DNA of 64,000 nt from Acidilobaceae archaeon (GCA_038897215.1 JAWAWX010000001.1:512001-576000), one strand, 5' to 3'. Numbered from the stretch's first letter, positions 30,101 through 44,241 are shown. The notes: generated by a model from the sequence alone, not told the origin. Translations and numbers: made by a program.

Positions 30101-31636
30101 ATGGTCTCTTTTATCGACGTGACTATAATAATTCTCGCCGGGCTATCGCTCGCTCTAATCGCTAAGAACATGTTCTCGACTAGAGACGCGTTGTATCCGC
30201 TGATCTCTCTCAGAAACTCTACGTGGCTAGAGCTCGAGGTCGATGGGAGGAGGTATAGGGGGGTAGCGCTTGTAGCCGAGCGGGTTCCTGAAGGAGACCA
30301 GGTCTTAGCGGAGAAGCTGGGAGAGATAGCGAGGTCTCTGGGAGCGGGTTTGACTATAGTGTCTACAGTGTTCACATCGAGTAAGAGCAAGCTCCTCAGC
30401 TACATAGACGACGAGCTTAGGAGAGCGGAGTTCGCTTACGACTCAACTAAGCATGTGAGATACTTTGAGAGAATCAAGTTCCTGAGAGAACTCTATAGGA
30501 GGGTCTCGGCTGACCATAGACCTCTCATCGGCTCGCTCGCTGTAGTGCTCTGGATTCCTGAAGACGGTAGGCCTGCTAGAGAGGTAGCTAGCTCTTTCAA
30601 AGCTCTCCTCGAAGCTGAGACGGGGATATCGTTCAAGGAGGTGAACACTAACCGCCTGCCGGAGCTCTTGAGACCTCTTCCACTAGAAGAGTCTTTGAAG
30701 CTAAGACCCCTCATGCTCTCTCAGAGAATGCTAGATGAGCACGAGGGAATAGTGATAGGTAGAAGCGTGGAAGAGCATAGCACTATCGCTCTCTCGTGGC
30801 CGAGAGATTTCGAGGCCCATATAGGAGTCTTCGGGTCTACGGGGAAGGGGAAGACTGTTCTGCTAGCAGGAATAGCTGCTCAGCTAGGAGCTAGGTCTGA
30901 GTCTCGACTAGATCCCTACATGGTGTTAGTCCTGGACCCTAAAGGAGACCTAGCTAGGCTCCTCTCTAGGGTTGCGACTAGAGTCGTGGATATCGATAGA
31001 GACGCGTGCATCCCGATGCCTCGCACTGACGGCTTGGCTCTAAAGCTTCTAGACTCTAGCAGAGAGACCTCTTGGAGCGAAAAGACAGAAGTCCGTGTAT
31101 GCCGAGGGTCTCTTCTAGAGCGTGGACTCATAGTATACGATTTCTCTCGATTAGAGAGTAGCGATAGAAACGTTGCCGTAGCTCTAGCTCTCTCAAGCCT
31201 TCTCGTCGAGGCTGAGGAAGAGGGGCTACCTGGAAGAGTCGTAGTCGTTGTGGATGAGGCTTGGAGGATATCCGCCAACCTGGCTTTCCACTTAACCCTA
31301 GCTACCAGAGAGGGGAGGAGTAAGAAGCTACATTTGATCTACGCTACTCAATCACCCATCGATGTCCCTCCAATAGTCTTAGATAACACGAAAACCATGA
31401 TGGTCTTCGGGGGATTCACTAGGAATTATGTAGAGCTAGCACATAAGCTGGGGCTAGCAAGTCCCGAGATTCTCCTCAAGCTACCAGTAGGGTATACTGT
31501 GTTAAAGATAGGCGATAGACCGCCATTGCTAGTACTAGTCTATAATTTCGAGGAGCAACTACTAGAGAAGAGTAATGAAGCATCCTTTCCTCGAGTGTGG
31601 AGGACTCTAGACGCTAGTGGCGCTAAATCGACTTAA
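30101..31636 (+). CDS. cedB: CedB VirB4/HerA-like ATPase
   Basis: N-terminal TM, HIGVFGSTGKGKT (Walker A), VLDPKGD, VVVDEAW (Walker B), REGRSK, ATQSP; follows cedA. Confidence 0.88.
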   Translation: MVSFIDVTIIILAGLSLALIAKNMFSTRDALYPLISLRNSTWLELEVDGRRYRGVALVAERVPEGDQVLAEKLGEIARSLGAGLTIVSTVFTSSKSKLLSYIDDELRRAEFAYDSTKHVRYFERIKFLRELYRRVSADHRPLIGSLAVVLWIPEDGRPAREVASSFKALLEAETGISFKEVNTNRLPELLRPLPLEESLKLRPLMLSQRMLDEHEGIVIGRSVEEHSTIALSWPRDFEAHIGVFGSTGKGKTVLLAGIAAQLGARSESRLDPYMVLVLDPKGDLARLLSRVATRVVDIDRDACIPMPRTDGLALKLLDSSRETSWSEKTEVRVCRGSLLERGLIVYDFSRLESSDRNVAVALALSSLLVEAEEEGLPGRVVVVVDEAWRISANLAFHLTLATREGRSKKLHLIYATQSPIDVPPIVLDNTKTMMVFGGFTRNYVELAHKLGLASPEILLKLPVGYTVLKIGDRPPLLVLVYNFEEQLLEKSNEASFPRVWRTLDASGAKST

Positions 31637-31674
31637 AATAAGCTCTCCTCCCCTGATCCCAAGTAGGGGGTAAG

Positions 31675-32439
31675 ATGCCTAAGATCGTGGTATTCTCAGG
31701 TCCCGCGGGAGCGGGGAAGAGTAGCTTGACAGCCGCCTATGGGAGATGGCTTCGCGAAGTACAGCATATAGAAGCATCGCTAGTCAACATCGACCCAGCG
31801 GCAGAATTCGTGCCCTACGAGCCTAGCTATGATATCAGACTCTTCGTTAACACTAGAGACTTGATGACAAAGCTCGGCTTAGGTCCTAATGGAGCTCTAA
31901 TGAAAGCATTAGAAATAATGAGTAAAGACATGGAGAGATACGTGAAAACGATAGCCGGGCTTCCGGGAGACTACGTGTTGATCGACACTCCGGGCCAGAT
32001 GGACATCTTCCTACTCTCAGGATTCGGCGCTGACTTCATAACGACTCTCAGAGAGTTCTCGAGTGAGCGCGTCCTAGTCTTCTTCGTCTTAGACGCTACG
32101 ACTATGCATCGACTCGAAGACTACGCTTTCGCAGTGATCCTAGCTGCCTCTATGCGAGGAAAGCTCGGAGCAGAGGTTGTTCCTGTAGTCAATAAGATAG
32201 ACTTGGCTCCGAGAATCATGTTCACAGGCGACCTTAGAAGAGACTCTAGGATACTCTCTAGACACCTGGGAGAGAGCAAGACACTCTACGGGGAGCTACT
32301 AGCGGAGCTACTCTCTGTTCTATCGAGATTCGTGAAGAGCGCTAGAGTGCCTCTAGTCTCAGCTAAAACAGGAGCCGGCGTCGAGGACTTGCATAGAGTA
32401 GCGCACGAGTTTCTCTGCGCGTGCGGTGACCTCACGTGA
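31675..32439 (+). CDS. GPN-loop GTPase
   Basis: GPAGAGKS, NIDPA, LGPNG, DTPGQ, NKID, VSAKTG, terminal HEFLCACGDLT. Confidence 0.92.
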   Translation: MPKIVVFSGPAGAGKSSLTAAYGRWLREVQHIEASLVNIDPAAEFVPYEPSYDIRLFVNTRDLMTKLGLGPNGALMKALEIMSKDMERYVKTIAGLPGDYVLIDTPGQMDIFLLSGFGADFITTLREFSSERVLVFFVLDATTMHRLEDYAFAVILAASMRGKLGAEVVPVVNKIDLAPRIMFTGDLRRDSRILSRHLGESKTLYGELLAELLSVLSRFVKSARVPLVSAKTGAGVEDLHRVAHEFLCACGDLT

Positions 32440-33104
32440 TTAACCCTGTAGTGACGAGGTCTCTCTCCCTAGCTCTATTCGTACTCCTACTCTTCGTTCA
32501 AGCCTCGATAGCAGTAACTTCCTTTGATGCAGCCGCGGAGGTGGTGAGAGTCATCGATGGAGATACGCTAGAAGTCCTGATCTTAGAGAGCAGAGTGGAG
32601 GGTGTGTTAGCAAACTCGATCGAGAGAGTCAGGTTCGCTGACATCAACGCTCCCGAGCTGGGGACGCCGGAGGGCGATGTCTCTAAGCTCTACCTGGAGT
32701 CTCTTCTACCTCGAGGAGCTAGAATATACCTGGATATCGACAATGTAAGAGTGAGAGATAGGTATGGGAGAGTAGTCGCTGTGGTATACCATAGAGTGAA
32801 CGATACCTGTCTTCTCAACGTGAACGCTCACATGGTCAGAGCAGGTCATGCAACCGTATGGGATCACGACAATGAATTCGATCCAAGCACGTGGAGAGAG
32901 TGTGTAGACTTCGTGCTAGAGTCGGAAAGTGTAATACCGTCCATCTCGAGATTCCAAGTCTTCTTAGCCATCGTCGTCCCAGCGATTACCGTAGCTCTCG
33001 TGGCGATGATCGCTATGAGGAGAAGAAGGAGAAGAACGAGGAGCCCGCCTAGCTTGCGCTCTGCTCGAAGAAGAGGACCTTATGGAGAGCAGAGCGAGAG
33101 CTAG
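32436..33104 (+). CDS. Thermonuclease (SNase) family protein, secreted and membrane-anchored
   Basis: VVRVIDGDT, RVRFADINAPE, DRYGRVVA, VNAHMVRAGHA; N-terminal signal sequence, C-terminal TM followed by a poly-Arg tail. Confidence 0.9.
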   Translation: MINPVVTRSLSLALFVLLLFVQASIAVTSFDAAAEVVRVIDGDTLEVLILESRVEGVLANSIERVRFADINAPELGTPEGDVSKLYLESLLPRGARIYLDIDNVRVRDRYGRVVAVVYHRVNDTCLLNVNAHMVRAGHATVWDHDNEFDPSTWRECVDFVLESESVIPSISRFQVFLAIVVPAITVALVAMIAMRRRRRRTRSPPSLRSARRRGPYGEQSES

Positions 33105-33111
33105 AACGCTA

Positions 33112-33555
33112 CTATCTCTTAGGCTTCTGCTTCTTCCCCAGCCAGAGAGCCTTTAGAGAAACGCCGTTAACCATGACAACCTTGTATCTCACACCGGGCA
33201 GGTCTCCCATAGACCTGCCTCTGCTACCGCCTATTCCCTCGATTATGACTTCATCGTGCTCATCTATATACAGTATCCCTCCATCGTATGGAACGAACGC
33301 CGTGACTACCTTCTTGTTCTTAGCTAGCTGAACGCGGACACACTTTCTTAAAGCTGAATTAGGCTGACGTGACTCAATTCCAACCTTCTCTAGCACAATG
33401 CCTCTAGCCATGGGTGCCCCTTCTAGAGGGTCGTATCTCTCTTTAAGCCTCAACATGCGTACTCTGAAGTCTCTCTGACTCCATCTAAACTTGAGCCTCT
33501 TTCTTCTAAGCTTTCTGGCAGCATACAGACCTTGGGGGGATTTCTTGCCAGTCAT
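33112..33555 (-). CDS. rps12: 30S ribosomal protein S12 (uS12)
   Basis: [35 protein letters not shown]. Confidence 0.98.
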   Translation of the reverse strand: MTGKKSPQGLYAARKLRRKRLKFRWSQRDFRVRMLRLKERYDPLEGAPMARGIVLEKVGIESRQPNSALRKCVRVQLAKNKKVVTAFVPYDGGILYIDEHDEVIIEGIGGSRGRSMGDLPGVRYKVVMVNGVSLKALWLGKKQKPKR

Positions 33556-33606
33556 GAGTACTCCCCTGCTCTCCTCGGCGTGAGAGCCTTTAACCCCTAC
33601 TCTGCT

Positions 33607-34044
33607 CTACCTCACTTGAACTCTCGAGATTCCGAAAAGAGTCTTTAGTAGTAGCCTAGCTCTCTTTATGTTCCTACCGTTTTTCCCTATTGCTCTACCT
33701 TTGTACTCTTCTCTAATCTTGATGATCAGAACCTTCCCCTCTCTAGATTCTTGAAGCTCGAAGTTCTCAATGCTCTCTGCTGGGAACAAGTATCTTATCA
33801 TTTCTTCGAGTTTATCGGGGTATCTGACTATCTCGACAGGCCTCTTGAAGACTTGACTGAGAATTCTGACATTCTTGCCGTTCTTGCCGACCGCTCTTCC
33901 ATAATCGCTCTTATCGACTAGGAATATTACTCGATTGTTTTCAGAGTCTATGATGCACCTATACGCTGTGCATCTAGTTAGCTCACTGAAAGCCGACATT
34001 AGTCTTAGCTCCTCAACGGTTATCCTGCTAGAGTCGATGCTCAA
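33607..34044 (-). CDS. nusA: Archaeal NusA
   Basis: Two KH GxxG motifs (AVGKNGKN, AIGKNGRN); position between L30e and S12. Confidence 0.93.
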   Translation of the reverse strand: MSIDSSRITVEELRLMSAFSELTRCTAYRCIIDSENNRVIFLVDKSDYGRAVGKNGKNVRILSQVFKRPVEIVRYPDKLEEMIRYLFPAESIENFELQESREGKVLIIKIREEYKGRAIGKNGRNIKRARLLLKTLFGISRVQVR

Positions 34045-34055
34045 GGGGGCACCCT

Positions 34056-34376
34056 CTAGGCTCTAGAGGCTAGCTCGACTATCCTGGAGGCTCCTGGGTC
34101 GATTACAGCGATTATAGAAACCGGGAATGGCTTGCCTATGACTCCGCCTAGGTCTACGCTTCTCCCTTCGTAGACCATAACGGGGGTTCCGGAGAGTTTA
34201 GCGTAGTAGAGAGCTTTCTCTTTGATCGCTGGCGGGGCTCCACTAGCGATGATTACGAGTTTCGCTTCTCCTCTGGCTAGAGCCTTGAGAGACTTCCTGT
34301 AGCCTAGATAGTACTTACCGCTCTTGACTAGAGACTTGATCTCCCTCTCTAGCACAGCGCTTGACACTACAGACAT
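34056..34376 (-). CDS. rpl30e: 50S ribosomal protein L30e
   Basis: SGKYYLG, AKLVIIAS, YYAKLSG, LGGVIGKPFPVS, DPGAS. ATG at 34376; the ORF track starts at 34394. Confidence 0.96.
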   Translation of the reverse strand: MSVVSSAVLEREIKSLVKSGKYYLGYRKSLKALARGEAKLVIIASGAPPAIKEKALYYAKLSGTPVMVYEGRSVDLGGVIGKPFPVSIIAVIDPGASRIVELASRA

Positions 34377-34383
34377 CCCAGCT

Positions 34384-38264
<3,881 letters not shown>

Positions 38265-38280
38265 TTGAGTCCTCACCTCC

Positions 38281-41200
38281 CTACTCGCTATCTCCTCCTA
38301 GCACTCGCTGTATCAACGAGATCTTGTCTGCTACCTTGATCTCAGGCTTTATACCCATGCTGAGGAGCTCTTGTAGAAGTAGTTTGAACGCGTAGGGGAC
38401 CTTCACGGGTTTCACATCACCCTCCTCTCCGTGTATCGGGCACTCGTAGACTCCCTTCTTTCTATTAAACCAGGATATGTGTCCGCAGAGATTGCATACA
38501 TACATCGTGTAGACGTCGCTGGACTCCAAGAGTCTCTCTCTTATGAGCATCGATGCACCGTGACCCACGAGGCTGTCTCTCTCCATCTCTCCGAATCTCA
38601 GCCCTCCTTGTCTAGCCTTGCCCTCTGTTGGCTGCCTGGTCAGAAGCTGGACTTTGCCTGTAGCTCTAGCGTGCATCTTGTCTGAAACCATGTGGTATAG
38701 CCTCTGGTAGAAAGATATCCCGATAACCACGGGTCTCTCTATGATCTCCCCTGTCCTCCCATCATACATCACCTCTCTCGAGCTAGGGTCGTGACCGGAC
38801 TTCAGCAGCTCTATTCTCAGAGACTCGACGCTCTCCTTGAAGAATGGTGTGGCATCAACGTATCTAGCCTTGAGAGCACCGACTTTTCCGGCTATAACCT
38901 CTAATAGCTGACCTACAGTCATCCTGGAGGGTATGGCGTGAGGATTCATTATGACATCGGGAGTCACTCCTTCCTCGGTGTACGGTAGGTCGTATGCTGG
39001 ATACAGCATGCCTATGACTCCCTTCTGGCCGTGTCTTGTAGCGAACTTATCGCCTATCTCTGGGATTCTCTGGTCTCTGACTCTCACCTTGACTAGCTTG
39101 TTCTTCTCTAAAGTCTTAGTTAAGATTACTGTATCAACAACCCCAGACTCTCCGTATCTGAGCTGGACGCTCGTATCTCTGTAAGACATGAGAGCTGATG
39201 ATATCACTCTCTCTTCGCCCATGAATCTAGGGGGGCTTTCTCTGCCGACGAGAACATCCCCTCCACTTACCTCTACCTCAGGCCAGATAACGCCGTCGGG
39301 GGAGAGCTTTCTGTAGTAGTGGTCTCCCTTATGGTCGTAGAGCTTGGGTGAAGGGACTGTTATCTTGTCGCTTAAGCCTCCGGGATAGTCCTGCTCTTGA
39401 GCTATGTAGGTGCGGAAGAAGTAGGCTCTTGCTAGCCCGTAGTCTACAGAGGTCTTATTGAACACTATGGCGTCCTCCATGTTGTAGCCTTCGAAGGGCA
39501 GTATGGCTAAGACCATGTTCTGACCTGAGGGTCTTTCATTGTAATCGATAATCTCTAGCCCTCGGGTTTGAACTATGGGTCTCTGAGGGTACTGGAGTAG
39601 ATACGAGTGGCTATCGGTCCTGAACCTGTAGTTGAGCGCGTAGAGCCCTAGAGCTTGCTTAGCCATAGCTGATTGATAGGTATTCCTAGGGCTCTGGTTA
39701 TGCTCTATGTAGGGTATAGTTGAAGCAGCTACTCCGAGTATACCTGGAGTCCAGAGCTCTAGATGTGTGTGTTCTCGCGTCAGGTCGCTGGGGAGTTCTG
39801 CTATGTAAGCGTTCTCTTCCTCGTCAGGGTCTAGGAACTCTATCACTCCCTCCTCTACTAGATCCCAGAAGCTGACCTCTCCCGATTTCAGCTTCTCTAT
39901 ATGCTCTTCTGTGAGCTTAGGCACTCCGTTCTCGACTATGATGAGGGGCCTCATGAGCCTGCCTTCATCAGTATTTATGTACACCTCGTCTATGAACTCT
40001 GTCTTTATATGAGCAACGCTTATCTCGAAACATCTATGCTCTAAAGCTCTGCCAGAGCATAATACATTCATTCTCCTCTTTTCTCTAATAGCTTTGACTA
40101 GCTTCTCTCCATCAGAGTGATAGCCTATAGGTCTACCGTTAAGGAGAACCCTAGACCCTCTCGCCATGACCTCGGGCGGGACTCCTGTAGCGATCGCTTC
40201 GGAGACTAGCTCGTCTAGCTTCTGGACTCCGAAATCGTTGTAGAGCATTTCCTCTACAAAGCTCTCGCTAACGCCAACACTTATGTAGGCGTATAGCGCT
40301 AGGTTCTTCACTAAACCGCAGTTTATACCTTCGGGTGTCTCGAAGGGGCAGAGTCTACCCCAGTGTGTTCCATGGAGGTCTCTGGCCTCGAAGTGTGCCT
40401 GCACTTTGCTCAGAGGGGATACTACTCTGCGTAGATGGCTGAGGAGGCTTACCCAATTGGTTCTATCCAGCGCCTGGCTTATCCCGGTTCTCTCTAGGCT
40501 CCAGTTACCTGTGGCTATAGCTGTCCTCAACCTCTCTGATATTATATCGCTCCTGATCAAGTTGACTATACGCACCTTCCTTCTCTGAGATATCGCCTCC
40601 TCCATCCTGCTCTGAATGTTTCTAACCAGAACCTCGTACGATTCTCTGAAGATCTCGGCTATCAGGTCTCCCGCTAGCCTGATTCTCTTGTTTGAATAGT
40701 GGTCCTTATCGTCGGGAGCTCTCTTGCCCAGATAACATTCTATAACTCTTCTAGCCATCTCGGCTAAGTAGTAGGCTTTCTTCTTTCTATCTTGAGGACT
40801 TGAGCCTAGGTGAGGTAAGAGCTGTCTATCTAGGAACTCCTCTGCTCTCTCTATCCTAACCTCTACCGGCTGGCCTGGCGCGAGCCTGTTGCCTAAGAAC
40901 TTGAGAGCATCCTCCGTGGTTTTCACGGAATCCGCTACTTTCTCAAAGCTCGGCAATAGCTCTCGCTGCACCTCGGGGTCTGTCGAGACTGCTAGAACGA
41001 TCTCGATATCCTTCTCTAAGCCTAGAGCTCTCATGAGAATCACGAAGGGTATCCTGTAGTTGAGCTTAGAGACTGTAACCTCTAGACTGCCATCACTCAT
41101 TCTATCAACAATAACCTGTCTTCTTACTCCGAGTGACGTAGAGACTACTTTAGCCGAGTGGGTTATCTTAGCTGTTCCGGCTTGAGCCGGGCCTACTATG

Positions 41201-41790
41201 ATTCTATTAACGGCTAGGTCTTCTTGAGCCACGATGACTTTCTCGTTACCATTTATTATGAAGTATCCTCCGGGGTCTCGGGGGTCCTCCCCTATGGCTA
41301 TTAGTTCCTCTGGGCTAAGTTTACTAAGAGGGTCTATGACCGATCTAACCATCACAGGGAAGTCTGCTATCTTCACTATCCTCCTCTCAACCTCGACGCC
41401 GTCTTGGATAAGAGTGACTTCAGCGTAGAGGGGAGCAGTGTACGATATGTCTCTTATCCTACACTCGTAGGGGGTTATTGGATGCTGATATCCGTCTGCT
41501 TCTTTAACCATAGGTCTTCCGAATGCTTGCTCTAGCTTCTCGGGGATTCTTACAACCACCCTTATGTCGGGCGCGCCGGCCAGCTGAGCTCTCCTTACTC
41601 TCCACCAAGCAGGTCTGATCTCCGAGTTGGCTTTAACGATCTCCGAGAGCTTCCTAGACACGAACTCATTGTAGGAGTCTAGGTGCTGTCGAGCTAGCCC
41701 AAGAGACTCAAGGTACGATTTAAACACAGCCCAGAGCTCTTCTTGGCTCAAGTGTCGCTGCTGAGCTCTTCTCCGTGTCAATAAAGTCAC
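38281..41790 (-). CDS. rpoB: RNA polymerase subunit B (Rpo2), unsplit
   Basis: GGYFIING, ETPEG, GDKFATRHGQKG, RFGEMERD. Confidence 0.98.
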   Translation of the reverse strand: MTLLTRRRAQQRHLSQEELWAVFKSYLESLGLARQHLDSYNEFVSRKLSEIVKANSEIRPAWWRVRRAQLAGAPDIRVVVRIPEKLEQAFGRPMVKEADGYQHPITPYECRIRDISYTAPLYAEVTLIQDGVEVERRIVKIADFPVMVRSVIDPLSKLSPEELIAIGEDPRDPGGYFIINGNEKVIVAQEDLAVNRIIVGPAQAGTAKITHSAKVVSTSLGVRRQVIVDRMSDGSLEVTVSKLNYRIPFVILMRALGLEKDIEIVLAVSTDPEVQRELLPSFEKVADSVKTTEDALKFLGNRLAPGQPVEVRIERAEEFLDRQLLPHLGSSPQDRKKKAYYLAEMARRVIECYLGKRAPDDKDHYSNKRIRLAGDLIAEIFRESYEVLVRNIQSRMEEAISQRRKVRIVNLIRSDIISERLRTAIATGNWSLERTGISQALDRTNWVSLLSHLRRVVSPLSKVQAHFEARDLHGTHWGRLCPFETPEGINCGLVKNLALYAYISVGVSESFVEEMLYNDFGVQKLDELVSEAIATGVPPEVMARGSRVLLNGRPIGYHSDGEKLVKAIREKRRMNVLCSGRALEHRCFEISVAHIKTEFIDEVYINTDEGRLMRPLIIVENGVPKLTEEHIEKLKSGEVSFWDLVEEGVIEFLDPDEEENAYIAELPSDLTREHTHLELWTPGILGVAASTIPYIEHNQSPRNTYQSAMAKQALGLYALNYRFRTDSHSYLLQYPQRPIVQTRGLEIIDYNERPSGQNMVLAILPFEGYNMEDAIVFNKTSVDYGLARAYFFRTYIAQEQDYPGGLSDKITVPSPKLYDHKGDHYYRKLSPDGVIWPEVEVSGGDVLVGRESPPRFMGEERVISSALMSYRDTSVQLRYGESGVVDTVILTKTLEKNKLVKVRVRDQRIPEIGDKFATRHGQKGVIGMLYPAYDLPYTEEGVTPDVIMNPHAIPSRMTVGQLLEVIAGKVGALKARYVDATPFFKESVESLRIELLKSGHDPSSREVMYDGRTGEIIERPVVIGISFYQRLYHMVSDKMHARATGKVQLLTRQPTEGKARQGGLRFGEMERDSLVGHGASMLIRERLLESSDVYTMYVCNLCGHISWFNRKKGVYECPIHGEEGDVKPVKVPYAFKLLLQELLSMGIKPEIKVADKISLIQRVLGGDSE

Positions 41791-41791
41791 C

Positions 41792-42055
41792 TCACTTCTT
41801 CTTCTCGAACGACACCACGATCCTATAAGCTACACTCACGCCTCCTCTAGGAGTTCTCCGCTTTATCTCAATTATGTCTCCGGGCTTGGCTCCTAGGAGT
41901 CTGACTACGGGGTCGTTAACACTTATCTGAGGAAGTTGCCACGGCTTAACTCCTAGACTTCGAAGAACTTCTACAGCCTCCTCTAAGCTGAGTACTCGAT
42001 GTTCTGGCACCAATTCGTGCTCTAGTATCTTTCTACTCAAACCGCTGGAGCTCAT
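41792..42055 (-). CDS. rpoH: RNA polymerase subunit H (Rpo5)
   Basis: [27 protein letters not shown]. Confidence 0.97.
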   Translation of the reverse strand: MSSSGLSRKILEHELVPEHRVLSLEEAVEVLRSLGVKPWQLPQISVNDPVVRLLGAKPGDIIEIKRRTPRGGVSVAYRIVVSFEKKK

Positions 42056-42430
42056 GTACTAAGACCTCACCTCCCCTCACTGCAAAGCGCTAGCCTTAAA
42101 TTCCTGACTCTCATCGAGGAAATCAAGGGTACTTCAGGCTCTCTGCAAGCCATGGCCTGCTCTCTCACACTATAATAGAGTATGCTCGCTCACTCCCTAA
42201 TAACTTTTCTTCGAGCGTTGAGCACGAGTTAGGGGTCTCGCCACATTAGAGGCTCTACTGGAGTAGCGGTAAATAATAAGGCGTGTTGTAGAACACGCGC
42301 TTGTACGCGTAAAGAAGGTCGAGATGAATTAGTCTTGAAGATTAGCAGTAAAAAAGAGTCAAGCTCCGCGAGAAGGGTGCTCCCGCTAAATTTCCCGAAG
42401 CTCTTTTTTAAGACAAAGGGGTATGATGAG

Positions 42431-42805
42431 TTGGAGTATAGATTTGTCCATCTTCTTAGTAAAGAGGCTAGAAAGAAGATCATCGAGGAGGCTTTATCAC
42501 GTAGAAGTCTGAGAGAGCTCTCGGAGACTCTAGGAGTCTCTGTAGCTGCTATAAGCAAGTACAAATCAGGTATCACTCATCCAAGCGACGAGACTCTAGC
42601 TCGCTTACTTGAAGTTGCGGAGGAGGAAGAAGCTAGAGAATACGTGAGGATCATGGTAGAGGACCTAGTCTCAGGGATATCTGAACTCATATCGTGGGCT
42701 CTTGAGAGAAACTTACTAGATGCTAGTGTAATAGCTAAAGTAGAAAAGCTTCATGCTAAAACATTAGCTGCTATGACTAGTAGGAAGAGATTATCGAAGA
42801 TGTAG
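42431..42805 (+). CDS. HTH (XRE-like) transcriptional regulator
   Basis: ELSETLGVSVAAISKYKSGITHPSD. TTG at 42431 follows GGGGT; the ORF track starts at 42335. Confidence 0.82.
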   Translation: MEYRFVHLLSKEARKKIIEEALSRRSLRELSETLGVSVAAISKYKSGITHPSDETLARLLEVAEEEEAREYVRIMVEDLVSGISELISWALERNLLDASVIAKVEKLHAKTLAAMTSRKRLSKM

Positions 42806-42826
42806 CTTGAAAGCCGAACTCACGCA

Positions 42827-42925
42827 TGGAGCCGCCGGCGGGATTCGAACCCGCGACCACCGGCTTTCCCGCTGACCCGTTATCCGCTACGAGGCCGGCG
42901 CTCTACCGGGCTGAGCTACGGCGGC
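42827..42925 (-). tRNA. tRNA-Thr(CGT) with 22-nt intron at 37/38
   Basis: GCCGCCGTAGCTCAG...CCGGC-CT-CGT-A[gcggataacgggtcagcgggaa]A-GCCGG...GGTTCGAATCCC...CTCCA; the intron forms a BHB with central helix CTCG/CGGG. Confidence 0.95.
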
Positions 42926-43047
42926 TCCTATCACTGAGGATTTCAGCAAACAAGTTATTAAATGTTTCCTCTTTAGCGCAAATCGTATCCTAAGACGCTC
43001 TCTACTCGAAAAAGCATAGGAGCCCTTGCTAATGCTCAAATCTCGTG

Positions 43048-43124
43048 TGGCGGGCCCGCCGGGATTTGAACCCGGGACCTACGGGTTAAGAGCCCGCCGC
43101 TCCACCAGGCTGAGCTACGGGCCC
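43048..43124 (-). tRNA. tRNA-Lys(CTT)
   Basis: GGGCCCGTAGCTCAG...GCGGG-CT-CTT-AA-CCCGT...GGTTCAAATCC...GCCA; intact, no intron. Confidence 0.97.
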
Positions 43125-43209
43125 GCTCATACCGTGATCTCTTAGCTTCACTCTCCTAGGGTATTTAAGATTTCGTGTGAAAAGATGAGAGAGTGCCGGT
43201 TTAGCGTTC

Positions 43210-44241
43210 CTACCATAGTGATTTAGTAAGACCGAGAGATTGATCGGTTTTCTTTATGGAGGCTTCTGGAGACTTCTCTATGCCCGCTAGAGCTCTTATA
43301 GCGTCTATGTTTTCAGGGATCACTATTGATTCTTGATGAACGGCTTGGAAGAGATTGACCTCCCTTCCAGAAACCGAGACTGAGTCCTCAAAGACTATAA
43401 GTTCGGGCACATCGTATCTATGCCTGACTTCTCTAGCCGCTTCTATTATCCCAGCTGTTCCCATTATCTTCACTCGTGTAGCCGGGATCAATATGAATCT
43501 AGGAGATTCTCTGAGAACCTCTATCACATCTCTTCTCTCAACATCCCGCGATAGCTTGAGTGTTACGTGATGAACGTGCATGAGCGTCGTTGGAACTATG
43601 ACTGCAGCTGTGTAAATGTCTAGCCATGGGAGAACGCTTTTCACATCGTGAGCGTGGTGGCTAGGAGTTCTAGGAGGGTCTAGCTCTACGGAGTTGATTG
43701 GACCCCTCTCTACCTCCTTTGGGTCTGCTCCTCTCCTGATGATTACTGCGTGAACCTTCTCTACGCCGAAGTGTTTGTGGAGAGTACAGATTAGTCTCAA
43801 GAGAGCCGTGGTGTTGCAGGATACTACTCTCGCGCTATTCTTGCCGAGAGCTTCCTCATAATTGCATAGAGAGCTGAAAGAGACCTGAGCTACGTGAGCC
43901 TTCTCTCCCCCCTCATAGACCTGCTTGACTCCATGCTTTTCGTATATAGGCTTGTTCCTTTCACCAACACCTGCAGGAGTAGCGTCTACTACTAGATCGA
44001 CTTTACTGAGCAAATCGTCTAAAAGCCCCGCTACCTTTACTCCAAGCTCCTCGAAATACTTTACGTTCTCCTGTTTACTCACATAGACCTTGATTCCTTT
44101 CTTCAGAGCCTGGAGAGTAGCGTAGCTAGGAGAGACTTCAGCTATGCCCTCTAGCACCATATCGTCTTGCTTGAGAATAGCGTCAGCAACTCTTTTACCA
44201 ATCGTACCGTAACCCACTACGCCTACGCGAACAAATGGCAT
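43210..44241 (-). CDS. gap: Archaeal type II glyceraldehyde-3-phosphate dehydrogenase
   Basis: GYGTIGKRVADA, RVVSCNTT, PSHH, PTTLMHVH, VHQESIVIPENIDAIRA. Confidence 0.96.
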   Translation of the reverse strand: MPFVRVGVVGYGTIGKRVADAILKQDDMVLEGIAEVSPSYATLQALKKGIKVYVSKQENVKYFEELGVKVAGLLDDLLSKVDLVVDATPAGVGERNKPIYEKHGVKQVYEGGEKAHVAQVSFSSLCNYEEALGKNSARVVSCNTTALLRLICTLHKHFGVEKVHAVIIRRGADPKEVERGPINSVELDPPRTPSHHAHDVKSVLPWLDIYTAAVIVPTTLMHVHHVTLKLSRDVERRDVIEVLRESPRFILIPATRVKIMGTAGIIEAAREVRHRYDVPELIVFEDSVSVSGREVNLFQAVHQESIVIPENIDAIRALAGIEKSPEASIKKTDQSLGLTKSLW

